From a virus, in the IMG/VR virus record IMGVR_UViG_3300042905_004373, positions 1 to 64,000 of that record: a DNA stretch of 64,000 nt. One strand, given 5' to 3'. Within the stretch, counting starts at the first letter, position 1. The number at the start of each line of letters is the position of its first letter. A program made the position numbers and the translations under genes. This document shows, piece after piece, positions 55,611-64,000 of the stretch. A model generated the notes under the pieces. That model was not told where the DNA came from, searched no databases, and worked only from the letters and a program-made list of their open reading frames with translations.

Positions 55611-56900
55611 GTGAATAAGTTAAAGTCCCATAAAACAGTTGAACAAATTGCCAAGAAACATCGCCTTGAAGTTTCTTTTGTGAAGAATCAACTTAAAATG
55701 GGAATTCCTATTGAGCATGAACACACAAAAGATAAGGATCTTGCTACTGACATTGCTCTTCAACATCTTGATGAAATTCCCGATTACTATACACGACTAA
55801 AAAAAATGGAATCCTCAGCAAAGAAATCGCATAAAAAATATAAGGATGTTACTGAAGGAAAAAAAATGAAAGGTGAAGATCCTTGTTGGAAGGGATATCA
55901 GATGGTTGGTAAAAAGAAAAAAAATGGTAAAGAGGTTCCAAATTGCGTTCCAGTGAAGGAAGAAAATGGAATGATGAGATATTGCCCCAAATGTCAAAAA
56001 GATGAGACTCGTTCAGAGTGTAAGTATGGTCCAAAATTCTGGGATATGTATTCTTTACCAAAAACTTTGGGTAAAGATTATCATGCAAATTCGCCTCATC
56101 CAGGAAACTTTCCAGAATCTTATGATCATGAGCATTCGATGGCAAGATCAGAACTCTCAACTATTGCATCTGCAGTAAAAAGACTTAAGAAAAAAATGAA
56201 AGGTGAAGGAAATATAGAAGCATGGGTTCAATCAAAGATTACTAAAGCAGCAGATTATCTTGATACTGCAGCGGATTATGTTGATAGTGGTGAAATGAAA
56301 GAGCAGGTTGCAGGTACTGATTCTCCAGCAGATAACCCAAATATTGAAAGATTTAGTACAGCAATTAAAGCAATTGGAAAAAGAAAACTACCAGATTCTC
56401 AAAAAATAGGTGCTCTTAAACAAGCTGCACAAATATATCGTGGTATGCGTGAAGAAATTAGTTTTGAAATCGGTTCTGGTCATAAACAGGTACAAAAACA
56501 GGCAAAAATTAGAAATCTTGCAGAGAGAACTACTAACCAAAATGAAAAATCTGCTGCACAAAGAAAACTTTCTGGACCTTCATTACCTCTTGCAGATTCT
56601 TACGAATACTCAAATTGGAGAGTAGAATTTGGATTATCTGAAGATTGGCAAAAAGTAAATCGTAAAGATAAGACCGATGGATTAAGTCAAAAAGCAGTTA
56701 ATGCTTATCGTAAAGAAAATCCAGGTTCAAAACTTCAAACTGCAGTAACTGAAAAGAATCCAAAAGGAAAAAGGGCAGGGCGTCGTAAAAGATTCTGTAG
56801 TCGTATGTCTGGAATGAAGGACAAACTCACTTCTGCAAAAACTGCAAGAAATCCGGATTCAGATATCAATAAAACACTACGTCGTTGGAACTGTAACTAA
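55611..56900 (+). CDS. Lys-rich hypothetical protein with Cys clusters, inserted between terminase genes (GTG start)
   Basis: 429 aa; CWKGY...NCVP...CPKCQKDETRSEC; very basic C-terminus. Confidence 0.6.
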   Translation: MNKLKSHKTVEQIAKKHRLEVSFVKNQLKMGIPIEHEHTKDKDLATDIALQHLDEIPDYYTRLKKMESSAKKSHKKYKDVTEGKKMKGEDPCWKGYQMVGKKKKNGKEVPNCVPVKEENGMMRYCPKCQKDETRSECKYGPKFWDMYSLPKTLGKDYHANSPHPGNFPESYDHEHSMARSELSTIASAVKRLKKKMKGEGNIEAWVQSKITKAADYLDTAADYVDSGEMKEQVAGTDSPADNPNIERFSTAIKAIGKRKLPDSQKIGALKQAAQIYRGMREEISFEIGSGHKQVQKQAKIRNLAERTTNQNEKSAAQRKLSGPSLPLADSYEYSNWRVEFGLSEDWQKVNRKDKTDGLSQKAVNAYRKENPGSKLQTAVTEKNPKGKRAGRRKRFCSRMSGMKDKLTSAKTARNPDSDINKTLRRWNCN

Positions 56901-56901
56901 A

Positions 56902-57210
56902 ATGAAATCATTTCAACAGTTTATTTCAGAAAGCATCAATATTGCCGGAGATTTTAACGGCAATCTTTATATGAATTCTTCCGAACCAGAAACGGCAAAC
57001 GAATCTTTTCTTGCTGATGTAGTTTGGAAAGGAAGATTATATCGCATGGAAGTTGAAGGTAAAATGATGAACAAGAATGAACTTGCTGAACAACTTCAAA
57101 GAGAATATCCTGGGGCAATTGTTCATAACATTTACCCAGTAACAGAAAATTCATTAACAGTTAAAAACGCACAAAGATACAGACCAGAAAGATTATCATG
57201 GAGTGATTGA
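56902..57210 (+). CDS. small protein with CTS-like N-terminus MKSFQQFISES (internal-protein-like)
   Basis: N-terminal motif shared with 5189/6873/7694/8507 genes; I-S-E cleavage-like site. Confidence 0.55.
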   Translation: MKSFQQFISESINIAGDFNGNLYMNSSEPETANESFLADVVWKGRLYRMEVEGKMMNKNELAEQLQREYPGAIVHNIYPVTENSLTVKNAQRYRPERLSWSD

Positions 57211-57213
57211 TTC

Positions 57214-58815
57214 ATGGCACAATTTAATAAGAATGAACAAGATTTCCTGAATCAGGAAAGAACACTGTTTGAAGTGAATATGATCGCCAATAAGAATGGC
57301 GAAGTCGTTACAATTGATAATCCATTTCCAGTATCTCTTGGAAGTTCCAATATTACTATTAATGGTAATATTACAATTCCAGGAATAGTAACAGTTACAA
57401 GCACTCCAGATAATCCAGTTCATAATCACATAGTTGAAGTTGGGACAGGTGGAACATTAACAACTCCATATCTTCCAGTCGGTATTTCTACATTACTGAA
57501 TACTGTAGGTATTGGAACCACTGGGCAAGTATCAATCAACCTCAACAATTCACCAGTCAGCACCACAAATCCATTTCCTGTTACTGGAAATATTGATATT
57601 GAATTACCACCAATAGCAACTGATGCATTTGGTCGTTTAAGAACTTCAACACCACTTACACTTTTTGATAGTTCCCACAGATACAGGGACAATAATCTTT
57701 GGAGTAGTCTAGTTGTTGGTACTGGTTCAACAGTTGGATTTGTAACTGCACAAGGTTTAGTAAATTTAACTGTTGGTGTTGGAAGCACCGCATCAATCAT
57801 CAGAGAAACGACAAAAGTATTCTCATATCAACCAGGAAAGTCATTAGAAATTTTAACTACTTTTGTAATGAACCCAGCAAAAGCAAATCTTCGCCAAAGA
57901 GTAGGATACTTTGGTGCAGATAATGGAATGTATCTGGAACTTGATGGAAGTAGTTTATATTTTGTAGAAAGAACTTATGTTCCGGGAATTACAACAGAAA
58001 CAAGAGTAGCACAAGCAGATTGGAATATTGATACGATGCTTGGTGCAGGGCACCGCAATCCATCAGAGGTCACATTAGATATTAGTAAGGCACAAATTCT
58101 TTGGATGGATATTGAATGGTTGGGACTTGGAACAGTTAGATTGGGTTTTGTAGTTGATGGTAAGTTTATTCATTGTCATTCATTTCATCACGCAAATAGA
58201 ATTAACACAACTTACATCACAACAGCATCACTACCTTTAAGATATGAAATTGCTAATACGGGAATTACAACCAGTGCAAGCACACTCAAACAAGTTTGCT
58301 CTACTGTAATTTCAGAAGGTGGATATGAACTTCGTGGATTGCAGCAAGCAATAGGAACACCAGTTCAAACACCAGTTGATTTAACAACAGCAGGAACTTA
58401 TTATACAGTTTCATCAATTCGTCTTAAAACAACGCCAAATAGATTAGATGCAATTGTAATTCTAACTGCACTTTCTATTTTAGGTATTACAAACAATGCA
58501 ACCTATAACTGGCAAGTAAGAGCAAGTGGAACGTCTAATGGTGGAACTTGGACTGATGCTGGTCTAGATAGTGCTGTTGAATATAAGATTGGTGGAGGAA
58601 CTTATACTGGCGGAAGAATACTAGCATCTGGATATACGTATGGTTCCAATCAAGGTTCATCATCAGTAGATATTCTTAAAGAGGCATTATTTAAGTTTCA
58701 GTTGGAAAGGGATGCATTAACAGGAACACCTTATGAACTTTCTATTGTATGTGCTTCTAATGCTAATGGTGCAGATATTCACGCTTCTATGGACTGGGAA
58801 GAAATTAGTAGGTAA
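57214..58815 (+). CDS. hypothetical Thr/Gly-rich beta-rich protein (533 aa), probable virion protein
   Basis: tightly packed between CTS-protein and large terminase; composition typical of structural proteins. Confidence 0.6.
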   Translation: MAQFNKNEQDFLNQERTLFEVNMIANKNGEVVTIDNPFPVSLGSSNITINGNITIPGIVTVTSTPDNPVHNHIVEVGTGGTLTTPYLPVGISTLLNTVGIGTTGQVSINLNNSPVSTTNPFPVTGNIDIELPPIATDAFGRLRTSTPLTLFDSSHRYRDNNLWSSLVVGTGSTVGFVTAQGLVNLTVGVGSTASIIRETTKVFSYQPGKSLEILTTFVMNPAKANLRQRVGYFGADNGMYLELDGSSLYFVERTYVPGITTETRVAQADWNIDTMLGAGHRNPSEVTLDISKAQILWMDIEWLGLGTVRLGFVVDGKFIHCHSFHHANRINTTYITTASLPLRYEIANTGITTSASTLKQVCSTVISEGGYELRGLQQAIGTPVQTPVDLTTAGTYYTVSSIRLKTTPNRLDAIVILTALSILGITNNATYNWQVRASGTSNGGTWTDAGLDSAVEYKIGGGTYTGGRILASGYTYGSNQGSSSVDILKEALFKFQLERDALTGTPYELSIVCASNANGADIHASMDWEEISR

Positions 58816-58820
58816 CAACT

Positions 58821-60521
58821 ATGTCTGATAATATCTATTTGGGAAATCCAAACCTGAAAAGGGCAAATACACAAATACAATTCACTGAAGAACAAATCAT
58901 TGAATTCTTAAAGTGTAAGGAAGATCCTGTTTATTTTGCAAAGAATTATATCAAGATTGTTTCTCTGGATCATGGTCTTGTTCCGTTTGAAATGTATCCA
59001 TTTCAAGAGAAACTTGTAAAGAACTTCCACGAAAATAGATTTAACATTTGTAAGATGCCACGGCAGACTGGTAAATCAACCACCTGCGTATCCTACCTGC
59101 TCCACTATGCCGTGTTTAATGATAATGTGAATATTGCTATCTTAGCAAACAAAGCATCTACTGCAAGGGATCTTTTGGGAAGATTGCAACTTGCATATGA
59201 GAATCTACCGAAGTGGATGCAGCAGGGTATTATATCATGGAATAAAGGATCACTTGAATTAGAAAATGGATCTAAAATTTCATCCAACTCAACCTCATCA
59301 TCTGCTGTTCGTGGTGGATCTTATAATGTCATCTTTTTGGACGAATTTGCTTTCATTCCAAATCACATTGCTGATGACTTCTTTGCATCTGTTTATCCTA
59401 CTATTTCTTCTGGACAGAGTACGAAGGTAATTATTGTTTCCACACCTCGCGGTATGAATCACTTCTACCGCATGTGGCATGACGCTGAGAGGGGTAAGAA
59501 TGAATATATTCCTACAGATGTCCATTGGTCGGAAGTGCCCGGTAGAGACGAAGCATGGAAGGCACAGACGATTGCAAACACTAGTGAGCAGCAGTTCAAG
59601 GTTGAGTTTGAATGTGAATTCTTAGGTTCGGTCAATACATTAATTAATGCGGCAAAACTTCGCAACCTAGTTTATGATGATCCAATAAAAAGAAATGCTG
59701 GACTGGATGTTTATGAACATCCAAAAGAAGACCATAATTATTTGATTACGGTTGATGTTGCTCGCGGTATTGGTAATGATTACTCTGCCTTTATTGTGTT
59801 TGATATCACAAATTTTCCATATAAAGCTGTTGCAAAATATAGAAATAATGAAATTAAACCAATGCTATTCCCAAGTATTATTCATGAAGTTGCAAAGGGA
59901 TATAATAATTCTTGGTTATTAATTGAAGTCAATGATATTGGAGATCAGGTAGCAAATATTCTTCATTTTGATTTAGAGTATGATAATGTTTTAATGTGCT
60001 CTATGAGAGGTAGGGCAGGACAAATTGTTGGTTCTGGTTTTAGTGGTAAAAAATCTCAACTAGGTGTCAGAATGACTGCCGCAGTTAAGAAGTTAGGTTG
60101 TTCTAACTTGAAAACTTTGATGGAAGATGATAAATTATTAACTAATGATTATGATATTATCTCAGAACTGACTACTTTTGCACAAAAACACAATTCTTTT
60201 GAGGCAGAAGAAGGTTGTAATGATGATTTAGCAATGTGCCTTGTAATTTTTTCTTGGTTGGTTGCTCAGGATTACTTTAAAGAAATGACGGACAATGATG
60301 TTCGTAAAAGAATTTATGAGGAGCAGAAAAATCAAATTGAACAAGATATGTCACCTTTTGGATTTATTTCAGATGGGTTGGAAGATATGAATGTAACAAT
60401 TGATGTTGAAACGGGAGATAGGTGGATTGTAGCAACAAAAAATGGTGATGAAAATAATCCTTTAGAGACATGGAATTTAGATGAATATGGTGATAGGTCA
60501 TATATGTGGGAATATAATTAA
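58821..60521 (+). CDS. 17: terminase large subunit gp17
   Basis: Walker A PRQTGKST, FLDEFAF Walker-B-like, nuclease half; 566 aa. Confidence 0.9.
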   Translation: MSDNIYLGNPNLKRANTQIQFTEEQIIEFLKCKEDPVYFAKNYIKIVSLDHGLVPFEMYPFQEKLVKNFHENRFNICKMPRQTGKSTTCVSYLLHYAVFNDNVNIAILANKASTARDLLGRLQLAYENLPKWMQQGIISWNKGSLELENGSKISSNSTSSSAVRGGSYNVIFLDEFAFIPNHIADDFFASVYPTISSGQSTKVIIVSTPRGMNHFYRMWHDAERGKNEYIPTDVHWSEVPGRDEAWKAQTIANTSEQQFKVEFECEFLGSVNTLINAAKLRNLVYDDPIKRNAGLDVYEHPKEDHNYLITVDVARGIGNDYSAFIVFDITNFPYKAVAKYRNNEIKPMLFPSIIHEVAKGYNNSWLLIEVNDIGDQVANILHFDLEYDNVLMCSMRGRAGQIVGSGFSGKKSQLGVRMTAAVKKLGCSNLKTLMEDDKLLTNDYDIISELTTFAQKHNSFEAEEGCNDDLAMCLVIFSWLVAQDYFKEMTDNDVRKRIYEEQKNQIEQDMSPFGFISDGLEDMNVTIDVETGDRWIVATKNGDENNPLETWNLDEYGDRSYMWEYN

Positions 60522-60537
60522 TTAAAGGGTAGGAAAT

Positions 60538-60545
60538 TATAAATA
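60538..60545 (+). promoter_or_regulatory. T4-type late promoter TATAAATA
   Basis: exact TATAAATA 36 nt upstream of gp18 ATG. Confidence 0.5.
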
Positions 60546-60580
60546 CTTTTAGATAATTCTGGATAGTACGGAGAATAAAG

Positions 60581-62752
60581 ATGCCGCTAAATTTAGCATC
60601 TCCTGGAATTGTAGTAAGGGAAATTGATTTAACCACTGGAAGAACACAACCATCGTCCAATAAAACTGGAGCAATTGTTGCACCCTTTGCTAAAGGACCT
60701 GTAGAAGTACCAACTTTAGTAGAAAATGAGAACGATTTATTAAAAAATTTCGGAGAGCCATATGCTACCGATAAACATTATGAGCATTGGTTAAGTGCAT
60801 CATCATATCTAGCATATGGTGGATCTTTAAGAGTAGTAAGAGCAGATGATGTTGATTTAAGAAATGGATTTGTTCCTACTTCAGATGGTGCTGCTTCTAG
60901 TGTAAAAATCAAAAGTTTAGAGCACTATAAAGAACTGGGATATGATGAAAACACTCTCAATGGAGTTGTAGTTGCATCAAGAAATCCAGGTTCTTGGTCT
61001 AATGGCATTAGAGTAGCAATTATTGACAGTAAAGCAGATCAAACTTTATCTGGAATTGTTACCTCTAGTTTATCAATTGGAATGGGAGTAACTCAATCAG
61101 TTGATGGAAGACAACTTGCAGGTGTTGGATCTACTTCTGTTCTTGATGGATATCTCAAAGGAATCATTACCGAAATTGGTTCTTCATCCATTTCGGTAAA
61201 AGTTCTCAATCATGTATCTAATGTTGGAAATGAAAGTGTAGTAGATTATCAACCATCTGGTGTATATGCATTTTCAACGTCTGGGACAGTAGGATTTACT
61301 TCAACTTCACAGACAACTTCATTCGGATCAACTACTTATACATCTACACTTGATTGGTTTGATCAACAAACTATAGGTCTTACAAGTACTTCATCAATTT
61401 ATTGGAATAATATTGCACCAAGACCAGGAACTTCTGCATATGCTGCAGCAAGAAACTCAAGATTTGATGAAGTTCATGTAGTTGTAATTGATGCTCTTGG
61501 AACAATCACAGGTAATGCCGGAGCAATTTTAGAAAAGCACACAGGTCTTTCTAAAGCATCTAATGCAACATTCTCCGTTGGAGATCCTTCATATTGGAGA
61601 TCTTATCTTTCAAGCAATTCTTCATATATCTTTGGACTTGGAGCACCTACAGGAATTGTAACTACAGGATACTCTTCCGATTTTAATCTTGCAGATGATG
61701 TTGCATGGGATCAAGAAGCAGATGGAATAATCTTTGCAGCCTCTGGATCATCAACAAACACTTTAACTGAAGGTAAAGATTATAGTGGAAATGCTAACAT
61801 TGAAGAAACTAATTCCCTTAAAGTTGATCTTTCAGGTCTTTCATCTGGATATGATTTATTTGAAAATACTGAAAACTTTAAAGTAGATTTTCTCTTAATG
61901 GGTTCTGCCGCATATGAGAAAGAAACTGCACAGGCACTTGCAAATAAAATTATTTCTGTTGCAGAATTGAGAAAGGATGCAATTGCATTTGTTTCACCAT
62001 ATAGAGGTTCTCAACTAACTGACACTTCTTCTCAAACCAGTGTGACAGTGAGATCTGCTGCGGATATTACAGATAAACTGATTTCATTCTATTCCCCAGT
62101 AGCATCTTCATCATATGGAGTATTTGATAGTGGATATAAGTACATGTATGATAGATTCTCAAATACTTTCAGATATGTCCCATTAAATGGTGATATGGCT
62201 GGACTTTGTGCTCGTAATGATATTAATAACTTCCCATGGTATTCTCCAGCAGGAACAACAAGAGGTGCGATTTTAAATGCAGTTAAACTTGCATACAATC
62301 CAACAAAATCTCAAAGAGATGTTCTTTATAGCAATAGAATCAATCCAGTAATCTTCTCACCTGGAGCTGGAATTATTCTATTTGGAGATAAGACTGGTTT
62401 AGCAAAAGCATCAGCATTTGATCGTATTAATGTTCGTCGTCTTTTTGTATATCTTGAGGATGCTATTTCAAGAGCAGCAAAGGATGTTTTATTTGAATTT
62501 AATGATGAGATTACCAGAACAAACTTTGTAAATACTATTGAACCATTCCTTCGTGATGTTCAATCAAAGAGAGGAATTTTTGATTATATCGTTGTTTGTG
62601 ATGAAACAAACAACACTAGTGCAGTGATCGACAATAATGAATTTATTGCCGATATTTACATCAAACCATCAAGATCAATCAATTATATTGGACTTAATTT
62701 TATTGCCACCAAAACTGGTGTTGATTTCCAAGAAGTCATCGGTAACTTTTAA
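60581..62752 (+). CDS. 18: tail sheath protein gp18
   Basis: C-terminal region ...PLNGDMAGLCARND...SPAGTTRGAIL...FDRINVRRLF...IVVCDETNNTSAVIDNNEF...SINYIGLNFIATKTG closely parallels T4 gp18. Confidence 0.92.
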   Translation: MPLNLASPGIVVREIDLTTGRTQPSSNKTGAIVAPFAKGPVEVPTLVENENDLLKNFGEPYATDKHYEHWLSASSYLAYGGSLRVVRADDVDLRNGFVPTSDGAASSVKIKSLEHYKELGYDENTLNGVVVASRNPGSWSNGIRVAIIDSKADQTLSGIVTSSLSIGMGVTQSVDGRQLAGVGSTSVLDGYLKGIITEIGSSSISVKVLNHVSNVGNESVVDYQPSGVYAFSTSGTVGFTSTSQTTSFGSTTYTSTLDWFDQQTIGLTSTSSIYWNNIAPRPGTSAYAAARNSRFDEVHVVVIDALGTITGNAGAILEKHTGLSKASNATFSVGDPSYWRSYLSSNSSYIFGLGAPTGIVTTGYSSDFNLADDVAWDQEADGIIFAASGSSTNTLTEGKDYSGNANIEETNSLKVDLSGLSSGYDLFENTENFKVDFLLMGSAAYEKETAQALANKIISVAELRKDAIAFVSPYRGSQLTDTSSQTSVTVRSAADITDKLISFYSPVASSSYGVFDSGYKYMYDRFSNTFRYVPLNGDMAGLCARNDINNFPWYSPAGTTRGAILNAVKLAYNPTKSQRDVLYSNRINPVIFSPGAGIILFGDKTGLAKASAFDRINVRRLFVYLEDAISRAAKDVLFEFNDEITRTNFVNTIEPFLRDVQSKRGIFDYIVVCDETNNTSAVIDNNEFIADIYIKPSRSINYIGLNFIATKTGVDFQEVIGNF

Positions 62753-62771
62753 TTTAGAGGTTTAAAAAACT

Positions 62772-63362
62772 ATGGCAACTAGACAACAACTAAATCCACC
62801 TCCACTAAGAAAGATTACTGACTTCAAAAGTAAGTTAACTGGTGGTGGTGCTCGTTCTAACTTATTTGAAGTCGTTCTTTCTTTCCCAGATATTGCTGCA
62901 GCAGACATTAATGTTCTAGATAAAGCAAGATTTTTGGTCAAAGGTGCAAATTTACCAGCATCAAATGTAGCTCCACTAGATGTTCCATTTAGAGGAAGAA
63001 CTTTAAAAGTTGCTGGAGACAGATCATTTGAAAGTTGGACAGTAACTGTAATCAATGACACCGATTTTTCAATCCGTTCTGCTATGGAAAATTGGATGAA
63101 TAAAATTAACAGAGTTTCTGATAACACTGGTGAAACTAATCCAGCATCATATACTGCAGATGCATTTGTATACCAACTTGATCGTGATGGATCTACTTTA
63201 AGAGCATATCATTTCTATGACATTTTCCCAACATCAATTGGAGCAATTCCTTTGGATTATAATACAAGTACAATTCAGGAATTCCCCGTAGAGTTTCAAA
63301 TTCTTTGGTGGGAAGCTGTTAAAGGTAATTCACCTTCTGCTGGTGGGGAAGACATCAACTAA
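62772..63362 (+). CDS. 19: tail tube protein gp19
   Basis: NLFEVVLSFPD / VAGDRSFESWTVTVINDTD ~ T4 gp19 NLFQVEISYLG / VAGDRTFDDWTVTVMNDEA. Confidence 0.9.
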   Translation: MATRQQLNPPPLRKITDFKSKLTGGGARSNLFEVVLSFPDIAAADINVLDKARFLVKGANLPASNVAPLDVPFRGRTLKVAGDRSFESWTVTVINDTDFSIRSAMENWMNKINRVSDNTGETNPASYTADAFVYQLDRDGSTLRAYHFYDIFPTSIGAIPLDYNTSTIQEFPVEFQILWWEAVKGNSPSAGGEDIN

Positions 63363-63393
63363 ATAGTTTATACAAGCAATTTAAGTTTATAAA

Positions 63394-64000
63394 ATGGCGA
63401 AACTTTTTGGTTTTTCAATTGAAAATAATGATAAAAAATCTAAGTCTATAGTTTCCCCCGTACCTCCAAATAATGAGGACGGGGTTGATTATTTTATTCA
63501 ATCTGGATTTTATGGCCAATATGTAGATATTGAAGGAGTCTATAGAACAGAATATGATCTAATTAGAAGATATCGTGAAATGGCACTTCACCCAGAATGT
63601 GATAATGCCATAGAAAGTGTTGTTAATGAAGCAATAGTTAGTGATTTATATGATTCTCCAGTAGAAATTGAATTATCTAATTTAAATGCTAGTGATCGTT
63701 TGAAGGAAATTATTAGAGCAGAATTTAGATATATTAAAGAAATGATGGACTTTGATAAAAAGTGCCATGAAATTTTTAGAAATTGGTACATTGATGGACG
63801 TTTATTTTATTTAAAAGTCATTGATCAAAAAAATCCAGAATCAGGTATTCAGGAATTGAGATATGTTGATCCAATGAAAATGAAGCATGTTCGTCAAGAA
63901 AAAAAGACTGAAAATCAATTAGAAGGATATAGAAATTTAAATTTAAGATCTGGAAATGATGCAGATCAATATGCTTTTCCAGAAATAGAAGAGTATTTTG
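63394..64000 (+). CDS. 20: portal vertex protein gp20, N-terminal part (runs off window end)
   Basis: HEIFRNWYIDGRLFYLKVIDQKNPESGIQELRYVDP ~ T4 gp20 [34 protein letters not shown]; ORF open to nt 64000. Confidence 0.88.
   Translation, partial: MAKLFGFSIENNDKKSKSIVSPVPPNNEDGVDYFIQSGFYGQYVDIEGVYRTEYDLIRRYREMALHPECDNAIESVVNEAIVSDLYDSPVEIELSNLNASDRLKEIIRAEFRYIKEMMDFDKKCHEIFRNWYIDGRLFYLKVIDQKNPESGIQELRYVDPMKMKHVRQEKKTENQLEGYRNLNLRSGNDADQYAFPEIEEYF

Noticed and set aside
60364-60660. Minus-strand ORF spanning the gp17–gp18 junction
   Set aside because: Overlaps the late promoter TATAAATA and the starts and ends of two strongly supported genes.
33039-62298. Minus-strand ORFs inside the structural genes (e.g. 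33039..33260, 35157..35414, 40984..41250, 46015..46335, 53575..53829, 55298..55654, 57426..57800, 62762..63127)
   Set aside because: All lie antisense within long, homology-supported + strand genes; AT-rich sequence yields long random antisense frames.

Overview
This 64-kb window reads as part of a T4-like (Tevenvirinae-type) myovirus genome. Every convincing gene is on the + strand, and all minus-strand ORFs in the track look like frame shadows. It has two very different halves.

The first half (about 1–26 kb) is a hyperplastic early or middle region. It holds roughly 70 small, tightly packed and often ATGA-overlapping ORFs, separated by a repeated intergenic cassette that occurs about 25 times in two classes. 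The class-A cassette is a GACAC(C/T)TGA…AACTGGCACA box that includes the upstream stop codon, then a GC hairpin, then a CC(T)TATAAT -10 box. The class-B cassette is a (G/C)TGGCACAAGGGG box, a hairpin, a CATACT/CATCCT box and a CAGTTCACaCCACACC leader. Both resemble the promoter-early stem-loop (PeSL) cassettes described in T4-type phages.

This half contains the following features:
- a tandem array of highly basic paralogous proteins whose N-termini (MKTF[QR]EF[LI]xE) match the T4 capsid-targeting sequence of internal proteins IPI/II/III, plus a truncated fourth copy;
- a pentapeptide-repeat protein (28 A[D/N]LxG repeats with a C-terminal coiled coil);
- a protein consisting only of the head domain of a tRNA nucleotidyltransferase;
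- a stand-alone DnaG-type TOPRIM protein;
- an HExxH protein;
- an AbrB/MazE-fold mini-protein;
- three clusters of an 11–12-bp ATCTCGACGAG iteron-like direct repeat in large non-coding gaps, one of them next to an AT-rich tract.

The second half (26–64 kb) is AT-rich, about 21–30% GC in hand counts, against about 44% at 0–15 kb and 50–64% at 20–25 kb. It encodes a glycosyltransferase-like protein and an S-adenosylmethionine decarboxylase (SpeD-like). A T4-syntenic late module follows. It runs gp25, gp6, a giant 3902-aa protein in the gp7 position, gp8, a second giant 2434-aa protein where T4 has gp9–12 and wac, then gp13, gp14, gp15 and gp16 (small terminase). Three unexplained genes are inserted between the small and large terminase genes, one of them carrying the capsid-targeting N-terminus. 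The module ends with gp17 (large terminase), gp18 (sheath), gp19 (tube) and the start of gp20 (portal).

I could not find any tRNA, rRNA or CRISPR. Family assignments rest on motifs I can read by eye and on synteny; no database search was possible.
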